From IMG/VR virus record IMGVR_UViG_3300044452_000161: a DNA stretch of 64,000 nucleotides. The stretch is one strand, 5' to 3'. Below, piece after piece: positions 17,931 to 24,987 of this stretch. The translations under genes were made by a program, and so were the position numbers. Positions within the stretch are counted from its first letter, which is position 1; each line of letters opens with the position of its first letter. The DNA comes from a virus. The notes beneath the pieces were generated by a model. The model worked only from the letters and a program-made list of their open reading frames with translations. It was not told the origin of the DNA and did no database searches.

Positions 17931-18033
17931 ACTGGCGTAGCTCAGAGGTAGAGCGCTGAGACGTAAACACTCTCGGAGACGCAGAGACACGGGCAGCACA
18001 CCGTGTTGGGTTCAAATCCCGCCGCCAGTTCCA
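17931..18033 (+). ncRNA. aberrant tRNA-like RNA (9-nt anticodon loop, extra arm)
   Basis: perfect acceptor ACTGGCG/CGCCAGT plus TCCA, canonical D arm, TTCAAAT T loop. Confidence 0.65.
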
Positions 18034-18051
18034 ACCCCGAAAATGTAACCC

Positions 18052-18603
18052 TTGGAGGATTATTTTATGTTAGCTGGTATCTTTGCCTTGGGTTTCTGGC
18101 CCTTGGCGTTCTTTGTTCTGTGTATTGCAGGCCTTTTCTGGGGCACAATCGCAGAGTCAGCCGTTGGACTAGCCATCGTCATTGCGATTGCTGTAGCGGC
18201 AGCAACTTTTTCTGGATACGACCCCCTTGGGTATCTTTTCCAGTCCCCGTCTCTATTCTTTTCGGGAGTGGTTCTTTACCTCCTGCTGGGCCTTGGATGG
18301 GCTGGTTGGAAATGGCGACGCTACTTGAAAAAGCCTGAGATTTTCAAACAGATTTCTCAAGCCAAACAGGACTTTTTCGACCAGTCTCCGTCACTGAGTA
18401 TTGATGACTTCATGGACAGTGAACTTTACCCAGACGTAGCTTGGCTTTCGAACAACAAAGATCGGATCATTAGCTGGTGGATGATGTGGCCACTGTCTGC
18501 ATTCTGGTATGTCCTCGGCGACATGCTCGTCGAAGCCTTCAACTGGCTGTACGGCAAGACAGCAGGCTTGTTCCGAAGCATCAGCCGATCAACGATTTCA
18601 TAG
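18052..18603 (+). CDS. membrane protein
   Basis: 183 aa with multiple hydrophobic segments; GGAGG RBS suggests ATG at 18067. Confidence 0.8.
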   Translation: MEDYFMLAGIFALGFWPLAFFVLCIAGLFWGTIAESAVGLAIVIAIAVAAATFSGYDPLGYLFQSPSLFFSGVVLYLLLGLGWAGWKWRRYLKKPEIFKQISQAKQDFFDQSPSLSIDDFMDSELYPDVAWLSNNKDRIISWWMMWPLSAFWYVLGDMLVEAFNWLYGKTAGLFRSISRSTIS

Positions 18604-18749
18604 ATTTTTTGCCGGAGCACGGCGCATCAACTGACGCGCATTCCTTCTCGGATGTAAGTCGCGTCAACTTTTCAGATATACGTCAAAGCGTATATTCATC
18701 AGTTATACGCTTCAGCGTATGGAGCTTTATGATCCGTAACACATAATCG

Positions 18750-19253
18750 ATGTTTATGTGTTATCGACCATAAAACTATGGAATTCCCTTCGGGGAATGG
18801 GCTGTATGAGGTCCTTAGAATATGACCGGGTGACCGGAGAAAAGGGAAAGGCGCTCCCCGCGTCCCCGCCTGAAAAGGTTCAATCATACAAACTCCGATC
18901 CACTTCGCCGGTAGCAGTGCCCCGTAGCGTTGTGTGTCCAGCCCCAACTGGGCAATAGTCGGTAAGTTTGGGAACCCGGTCCGAAAGGATAAGTGAAGCC
19001 TCAAAAGGGCGGATCGAAGTAGATTGGCGTCTACACCCTGTTCATGCCAGCCAAACGAACGATGAGGATTAAGGAGTAGATCGAACACAGTCCAACTGTT
19101 CGCGCAGAAGGGCGAGAGATCATCATGAACGAGGAAGGGCCGACAAGGCCCCCATCCGTGAAATGACGTCGACTAGGCCGCAAGCCGAAAGACATAGATA
19201 CGTGTTGTATTCTTGGTCTAACAAGACTGGGAGCAACCGAGCCAGCACGTGTC
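18750..19253 (+). ncRNA. large structured ncRNA candidate (ROOL/GOLLD-class hypothesis)
   Basis: about 500 nt without credible plus-strand ORF, many hairpins, inside tRNA cluster. Confidence 0.5.
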
Positions 19254-19265
19254 AGGGGTTAAACT

Positions 19266-19340
19266 ACGTTAGTAGCTCATTTGGATAGAGCAACAGTCTG
19301 ATAAAACTGTGGGTAGTGGGTTCAATTCCCATCTTACGTC
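19266..19340 (+). tRNA. tRNA-Ile(GAT)-like with 8-nt anticodon loop (atypical or pseudo)
   Basis: ACAGT-CTGATAAA-ACTGT arm; acceptor with one T-T mismatch; no encoded CCA. Confidence 0.6.
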
Positions 19341-19344
19341 AAAA

Positions 19345-19811
19345 AGCAAAAGACTGGCTCGGTGTCGCGTGAAAGGTGATTAATGCCCGGCTCTTCGGAG
19401 AACTGGGTGGGTTGGAGGCCGCAAGCCAAAGACCTTTGTTCAAGATCAATTCGTAGATCGTTAGCGCGGTCGAACTGCTCGCAAGGCAGACGTGGAGAGA
19501 CAGGACGATTATCGCGACATGACAGGACTACAGCCTTGGTCCTCAAAAACGGCATCACTGAGTGGTACATTGGCACCCTTGACGGGGCCAACGTGGATAT
19601 CTCCTAACCAAGCCTGTAGCAGGGTCCTTGGATACGGGTAGGTAAAGCTATCTCATGGCGACGGTGTAATCTCAGCCGCTGCTACCCATAATCAGCTTTT
19701 TCTGGGGTGACCGGACGCAGGCTTTAGGCTCGTAACCGGGTCTGCGGTCCTATTCTCTCACAGGGCGAACCGGGCGGAGTGAGAGCCGCCCCCACTTATC
19801 CGGCCCCACCA
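19345..19811 (+). ncRNA. second large structured ncRNA candidate ending in CCCCACCA
   Basis: TGTCGCG/CGCGACA enclosing multiple hairpins; GGGG-(TGA)-CCGG pairs with terminal CCGGCCCC. Confidence 0.45.
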
Positions 19812-19849
19812 AAAGAAGCTGTTCAATGAAAGAGTTAAGGAGTGGAGAT

Positions 19850-20089
19850 ATGAAGGTACGACTTACTGTAACGGTCGATATAGAAGACCCAAATTACTAC
19901 CCTTTGGACGAAAATGGATGGGCCTGCGGCGATCCTATCGACAAATTGGATCGAGACGAGGTTGGACAGTATGTATCCGAAGCTATCCTGACTTGGGGTG
20001 GATCAGGACCTCCCCATGGTGTCTTCAATCCTTCGAACATCAACTCCGTCCGTGTACAAGGTACCAACTTCGACACAACGTATCAGTGA
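19850..20089 (+). CDS. hypothetical protein
   Basis: GGAG RBS before MKVRL. Confidence 0.7.
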   Translation: MKVRLTVTVDIEDPNYYPLDENGWACGDPIDKLDRDEVGQYVSEAILTWGGSGPPHGVFNPSNINSVRVQGTNFDTTYQ

Positions 20090-20100
20090 GGAAATCATCT

Positions 20101-20334
20101 ATGATCGACATCAAGCGCGCCGTCACAGGCGGCAGAAAAGTGGTTTTCTCTCATTATGCTGATGGAGACCTTTGGTATAAAACTGAGTTTGGTGAACAGT
20201 TTCCAGTACCGGTCAGCGATGCGGGAACAGCAACTTTTCACGCCAAAGACAAAGCACTCTTGTTCATGCGCTATATGCGTAAGTGGAACGAAAACACTAC
20301 GGCACAAACGATGGAACGTTTGGCCTGTGTCTGA
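20101..20334 (+). CDS. conserved-type phage hypothetical protein
   Basis: MIDIK start, GAGG RBS; LWYKTEFGEQFPVPV..G.ATF...DKA..FMRYMRK motif. Confidence 0.75.
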   Translation: MIDIKRAVTGGRKVVFSHYADGDLWYKTEFGEQFPVPVSDAGTATFHAKDKALLFMRYMRKWNENTTAQTMERLACV

Positions 20335-20344
20335 TCCCTTCGGG

Positions 20345-20416
20345 GATAAAACGCACGTATATCTACGGAGCTTGGATGATTTCTGGACCCGGGGGCGGTA
20401 CCCGGCGGCTCCACCA
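20345..20416 (+). ncRNA. ssrA: tmRNA acceptor piece (permuted two-piece gene); 5' end approximate
   Basis: T arm with GGCGGTA loop then CGGCTCC-A-CCA; pairs with GGGGCCG at 20511 giving G3-U70. Confidence 0.85.
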
Positions 20417-20510
20417 CGTGCACACTGTTCTCAAAACTGCCTTGGAAAGACACGCGAGACGATGCATGCCTCTCGTTTGTTCGCGGAAAAATCTACAGTG
20501 TGTACTTGAT

Positions 20511-20720
20511 GGGGCCGATATAGGATCGACAGGGTTTGAAGGGAAAGTGGCGTGTCGGTGAGAAACCACCGTTATCGGTTCAAAAACCATAGTTGCAAAT
20601 GTAAACGCAGCACCATCGGAGATGGCACTTGCAGCCTAACGCTTGTCGTTACGCTGCCTGAAAGCTTCCCTCCATTGGGCTTCCCGGCGTGCCTAGAAAC
20701 AGAAACGTCGGACCAGTTTC
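20511..20720 (+). ncRNA. ssrA: tmRNA coding piece; tag (A)ANVNAAPSEMALAA* at 20595-20639; 3' end approximate
   Basis: GGGGCCGATATAGGATCGAC 5' end; ATAGTTGCA resume context; LAA terminus. Confidence 0.88.
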
Positions 20721-21052
20721 TCTAGAGGGTTGAGTTCCCCACACAATATGAGTGGTGCATCATCTTCGGTATCGCCGAAACCGCGTTTGACGCAGGTAAC
20801 CGCATACCCAGTTGAACGACAAGAATATTGGAAACCCAACTCGCCGCCGGGCGTGTGACTTAGCGGGTTACAAATAGGTATCACACACCTTTTCGAACGA
20901 GAAGCGGTGGTGGCCCCGTTGGTAGGGCCATCCTTGACTTGCCGCCTCGTCTCTCCGGCTCCGTGAGAGAACTTAGTGAACGGGCCGCGCACGTAGTATA
21001 ACTCCGAAACCGTCCGCAGCGAAATGTGGAGCCGGAGCCGTTACCGGCAGAT

Positions 21053-21262
21053 TTACTTCTTACCCTTACGGCCTTTGGAACTTGGCAGTTTGGAAAGAGG
21101 ACGCTTCTTGAGGCCGATGGCTACACGAAGTTCGTTCACATAGTTCTCGGCTTTTTCGAGTTCTTGCATCGCAAGAGCTTTCTTCTTGTCGGCGATTGCC
21201 TGGGTCAGTTCGTCCAGTTCGCCGATGTCGAGAGAGGAAATGTCGATTGATTTGTTAGCCAT
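21053..21262 (-). CDS. truncated H-NS-like protein (oligomerisation domain plus basic tail)
   Basis: IDISSLDIGELDELTQAIADKKK...ELEKAE pattern of H-NS/HvrA N-termini; no DNA-binding C domain. Confidence 0.6.
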   Translation of the reverse strand: MANKSIDISSLDIGELDELTQAIADKKKALAMQELEKAENYVNELRVAIGLKKRPLSKLPSSKGRKGKK

Positions 21263-21316
21263 GAGTTTCATCCAGTTTCTTGAGACTGGATTGCGATAGC
21301 AGGAAAGGTCTCCGAC

Positions 21317-22324
21317 ATGAATACCCAAATCTACCGGACAACCGCTGGTTCTTTCTTGTTTGGTGCATCAACGCCTTCGTCAGATCGCGATTACAAGTCG
21401 GTTCATCTGCCAGATGCGCGTTCAATCCTGTTGGGAACAGCGAACAAAGTGAGTGATAAGAGCACTGGAGGTAAGGATCGGAAGAACTCAGCCGATGATG
21501 TTGATGAGACGTCTTTTCCGCTTCAAAAGTACCTCAAAAATCTTGCGAGTATGGAAACCAATGCCATCGAAATTTTGTTTTCATATCGTCTAGAAGATTT
21601 TCCCGATGATGGAACGTTCGGATGGTATATTTGGAACGAAATCTATCAAAATCGGATGAGAATTCTCAACAGCAACAAGCAGAGCTTTCTTGGATACGCC
21701 AAGGCGCAGGCCATGAGGTACAGCGTTCGAGGAGAACGTCTGAAAGCGCTGAAAGCAATAATTGAATTCCTGAAGTCCCAGGATGCTTCAGCCCGGATCA
21801 GAGACCTCAATCTCAGCCCTGTGTTGTGGGAATTTGAAGGAATTCGAGTGCATGATCGGCAAATTCGCGATCAAAACGGCAGTTTTTACGCGATGCCGCA
21901 CATTTGTGTTCACGGGAGGCAAACACCGATCACTTCTACTGTGTCAGAAGCGCTGAAAGTCTACGAAAAGCCTTTGAAGAACGCGAGCCATCGAGCCGAA
22001 GCGGCTGTAGAGGATGGAGCGGACTGGAAAGGCATGTATCATGCTCAACGGATCGTACACGAAGGCATAGAGTTGTTTTCGACAGGTAACCTTGTCTTTC
22101 CTTGCCGACACGCTCCGTATTACCTTGATATTCGAAACGGTGTTATTTCTCTTGATGAGGTTTTGAACCGTTTTGACGAGTCTTTACTTGAACTCGAAGG
22201 AATAGACCCAGCGAAACACTTTCGAAGCCACGCCGATCACAAGTGGATCGATGAGTTTGTTTATGCTGCGCATGAACAGCAGGTCGTTTCTGCATACGAA
22301 AGTAACATTATTCAAGAACAATAG
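21317..22324 (+). CDS. Pol-beta superfamily nucleotidyltransferase (RlaP-like)
   Basis: GSFLFGASTPSSDRDYK catalytic motif; helical C-terminus WKGMYHAQRI. Confidence 0.8.
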   Translation: MNTQIYRTTAGSFLFGASTPSSDRDYKSVHLPDARSILLGTANKVSDKSTGGKDRKNSADDVDETSFPLQKYLKNLASMETNAIEILFSYRLEDFPDDGTFGWYIWNEIYQNRMRILNSNKQSFLGYAKAQAMRYSVRGERLKALKAIIEFLKSQDASARIRDLNLSPVLWEFEGIRVHDRQIRDQNGSFYAMPHICVHGRQTPITSTVSEALKVYEKPLKNASHRAEAAVEDGADWKGMYHAQRIVHEGIELFSTGNLVFPCRHAPYYLDIRNGVISLDEVLNRFDESLLELEGIDPAKHFRSHADHKWIDEFVYAAHEQQVVSAYESNIIQEQ

Positions 22325-22504
22325 GCCTTTGGCACGCGGTTAGAAGGATGTGCCATCCGACGGGGAAGTACCAACGCCGACTGAGTTGCATCTACAGTTC
22401 GCGGTCCGTGAGACCCTAGGAGTGAGCCGGGCATTAGGAGGGGCCATCCACGCGGTCCCGCACCCGGTAGGCGTGGGTACGGCGGTGCTGCAACACCGTC
22501 CTAT

Positions 22505-22593
22505 GGGTAGGTTCAGCCGCTGGTCGCGGCATGCGGGTTGTAACCCCGTTCCGTGTAATGCGGGCGCAGTTCGATTCTAGCACCTACCCACCA
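22505..22593 (+). tRNA. tRNA-Tyr(GTA), non-canonical 8/4-like fold
   Basis: loop TT-GTA-AC, long variable arm, 8-bp acceptor, 4-bp bulged T stem, A-CCA. Confidence 0.75.
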
Positions 22594-22601
22594 GTTTTCA
22601 C

Positions 22602-22677
22602 GTGCAGGTAGCTCAGTTGGTAGAGCGCGGGATTGAAGTTTCTGGCGTCGGGGGTTCGAGTCCCTCTCTGCACACCA
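22602..22677 (+). tRNA. tRNA-Phe(GAA)
   Basis: cloverleaf, CCA. Confidence 0.9.
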
Positions 22678-22832
22678 ATTCGCAAAGGGCATCAGGAGAG
22701 CGTTTGCCGCAAGCACATAGCTCTTCTTTCGGCGGCGGTGTCAGCGGCGACACCGTAACTCACGAGGCCTGTGAAGGCCGCTCCGAACCCCTGGGCTAAG
22801 GAAGCGCCGCTAGTGAGATTTAACAAGGAGGT

Positions 22833-23471
22833 GTGATGTCCAAACGTTCTGACTTTATTCGTATCGAGAAGGACAAGTACATGACCCCGGCTGAGGGTGC
22901 CACACCTCTTATTCGCTTTTTGCCAACCGGCATCTTCCACTACGTTGAGCCGTGTGCTGCGCAAGGTGGGCTTGTTGCACATTTTCTCCATCAATCTGGT
23001 GGGCGTTCTCGCTGCACCCACATGTCAGATATTGAACCAGAGATCGCTTCTATCAAGCGAATGGATGCCAGAAACCTTGGTCCTGAGCACCTCTTTGATG
23101 CGGACTTGATAATTACGAACCCGCCTTGGGATCGATCTAAGAAGTCCGGGTATCTGCTGCACGAATTGATCGAGGTATTTTCTAACCTGCGGCCTACCTG
23201 GTTGTTGTTTGACAGTGACTGGGTCCAGACAGTCCAAGCGGGTCCTTACATGTCGAGATTGGTGGCAACCGTGTCTGTTGGACGCCTGAAGTGGATGCCT
23301 GGAACCAAACATACCGGAAAAGACAATTGCCAGTGGCACCTGTTCGCGAAGAACGCACGAGAGATCACTGATGCACCAGAGCACTTCGGTCGAAATGTGG
23401 GTCCATATCCTCACTTTGTTAGTCGATACATGCGATTGGCATACCGTGAGAGGGTGACAGAAGCAGCATAA
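22833..23471 (+). CDS. DNA N6-adenine methyltransferase-like protein
   Basis: DKYMTP, EPCAAQG (motif I-like), IITNPPW (motif IV). Confidence 0.8.
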   Translation: MMSKRSDFIRIEKDKYMTPAEGATPLIRFLPTGIFHYVEPCAAQGGLVAHFLHQSGGRSRCTHMSDIEPEIASIKRMDARNLGPEHLFDADLIITNPPWDRSKKSGYLLHELIEVFSNLRPTWLLFDSDWVQTVQAGPYMSRLVATVSVGRLKWMPGTKHTGKDNCQWHLFAKNAREITDAPEHFGRNVGPYPHFVSRYMRLAYRERVTEAA

Positions 23472-23474
23472 TTT

Positions 23475-23550
23475 ACCCGGGTAGCTCAGTGGTAGAGCGG
23501 CGTCCTTACACGTCGTGACAGCGGTGGTTCGATCCCACCTCCGGGTACCA
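23475..23550 (+). tRNA. tRNA-Val(TAC)
   Basis: cloverleaf with one anticodon-stem mismatch, CCA. Confidence 0.88.
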
Positions 23551-23557
23551 AACAGAT

Positions 23558-23633
23558 GGGGCCTTAGCTCAGCGGTAGCAGCGCTTGCTCGACACGCAAG
23601 AGGTCACTGGTTCGATCCCAGTAGGCCCCACCA
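23558..23633 (+). tRNA. tRNA-Val(GAC)
   Basis: cloverleaf, CCA. Confidence 0.9.
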
Positions 23634-23669
23634 AACAATCTAGAAAACCTAGTTTTCTCCAAGTTTCTT

Positions 23670-23743
23670 GGGGGACGTCTATGGGTAGCGGCTGATCCTT
23701 GCAAGATTGGCGTCACGGGGTTCGATTCCCCGGTCTTCCACCA
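23670..23743 (+). tRNA. tRNA-Ala(TGC) with reduced D arm
   Basis: loop CT-TGC-AA, G3-U70, A73-CCA. Confidence 0.75.
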
Positions 23744-23750
23744 TCATCAT

Positions 23751-23826
23751 TCGGGTGTAGCTCAGTTGGTAGAGCAAACGGCTGTTAACCGTTGTGTCGG
23801 GGGTTCGAAACCCTCCTCCCGAGCCA
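23751..23826 (+). tRNA. tRNA-Asn(GTT)
   Basis: cloverleaf, G73-CCA. Confidence 0.92.
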
Positions 23827-23844
23827 ATTCAAAAGGAGTGCCTC

Positions 23845-23964
23845 ATGGTAACGTTTCTTATCGGTGTCGCTGTCGGCACTTTCATCCCAACCCCTTACCA
23901 AGCTGCGATCCACGCAGTTGTGAAGAAGGCGTGGACCTGGTTTACGTCTTTGACGAAATCTTGA
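23845..23964 (+). CDS. 39 aa membrane peptide (not in ORF track)
   Basis: MVTFLIGVAVGTFIPTPYQAAIHAVVKKAWTWFTSLTKS; AAGGAG RBS. Confidence 0.65.
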   Translation: MVTFLIGVAVGTFIPTPYQAAIHAVVKKAWTWFTSLTKS

Positions 23965-24163
23965 CTAACGGCCTGTAGAGGCCTATCAACATGGCATTCG
24001 CATGTGTAGTACCCCTACAAGTGCGTTTCGGTGGCGTTTTCGTGAGAGGTGTGCGCCTGAAAAACCTCTCACATTATTTTTGCCTTGTGATGTAAGTAAT
24101 ATTGACACACTTTGGGTGTTCATGTATTGTTTTACTAACAAATGAGGCCTGGCGTCACATAAA

Positions 24164-24502
24164 ATGTCAAAGAAAGAAACCGCTTTCTGTCCGACGTGTG
24201 GAAGACCAAATCCCATACGGCACTCTCCTGAATGGCTTATAGCTAGCTTTCGCGGGGTCATGGCTAAGATTCTGGCGTGCTTGATACAGTGTCGCAGAGA
24301 ACATCGGGCAGCGACAAAAGATGAACTCATCTTGTCCGCTTACCCTGACCACGGAGACGAGCCACCTATTGGTGGTGGCGATGTGGTTATTCAAACAATC
24401 CAACAAGCTCGCAAAAGGCTTCAGAAGATGGGTTGGGACGTTGTTGGGCCTAAGACGACAGGACATGGATACATGCTTGTATCCCTGGAACGAAACCTTT
24501 GA
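24164..24502 (+). CDS. zinc-knuckle plus winged-helix-like putative regulator
   Basis: CPTC; TKDELILSAY...IQQARKRL..GW....GHGY resembles OmpR-type wHTH. Confidence 0.6.
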   Translation: MSKKETAFCPTCGRPNPIRHSPEWLIASFRGVMAKILACLIQCRREHRAATKDELILSAYPDHGDEPPIGGGDVVIQTIQQARKRLQKMGWDVVGPKTTGHGYMLVSLERNL

Positions 24503-24503
24503 T

Positions 24504-24578
24504 GGACCGGTAGCTCAGCGGTAGAGCGGGGGACTCTTAATCCCTGTGTCGTGGGTTCAACCCCCACCCGGTTCTCCA
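24504..24578 (+). tRNA. tRNA-Lys(CTT)
   Basis: cloverleaf, CCA. Confidence 0.9.
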
Positions 24579-24598
24579 CAGTAAGAAACGGGACTCCG

Positions 24599-24895
24599 AT
24601 GCTTGTACCTATTATCGCATTTTGTGCCATTATTGATGGTGATGTTACGCAATATTGCACAACCATCGAGGACACCAAAAACACCTACCAAGTGGTGAAA
24701 GAATGCGAAAAGCGTGCAACGGAAGTCAAAGATTCTCGTCTCATCCAGTTCCAAGCCATTGAAAATATTCGGAGACAGATTGGACCGGTGTGGGACAACA
24801 AGATGTCCTTCGATCTTTTCTGCATAGATGAAAAGAATGTCAGTGACTTTTTGCTGAAGAAATACGGAATTTTAGCCGACGATGTGGCTATATAG
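24599..24895 (+). CDS. hypothetical protein
   Basis: start moved to MLVPII (the track start lies inside the tRNA). Confidence 0.65.
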   Translation: MLVPIIAFCAIIDGDVTQYCTTIEDTKNTYQVVKECEKRATEVKDSRLIQFQAIENIRRQIGPVWDNKMSFDLFCIDEKNVSDFLLKKYGILADDVAI

Positions 24896-24983
24896 TCTGG
24901 TGACGGAACGGTAACGTGTCGGATTGCAAATCCGAAGCCTCTTAAACCTCAGAGTACGGGTTCGAGTCCCGTCCAGACTTCCA
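24894..24983 (+). tRNA. tRNA-Cys(GCA) with long variable arm
   Basis: loop TT-GCA-AA, U73-CCA, 20-nt variable region. Confidence 0.85.
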
Positions 24984-24987
24984 ATAT

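Noticed and set aside
18750-19811. RNase P RNA or SRP RNA
   Set aside because: The universally conserved GAGGAAAGTCC and CAGAA...GGCTTA of RNase P and the SRP GGAA tetraloop with CAGG/AGCA were not found; only a CTTATCCGG fragment is reminiscent
22505-22593. Selenocysteine or stop-suppressor tRNA / genetic code reassignment
   Set aside because: The anticodon is GTA; no TCA, CTA or TTA anticodon was found, and long genes are intact under the standard code
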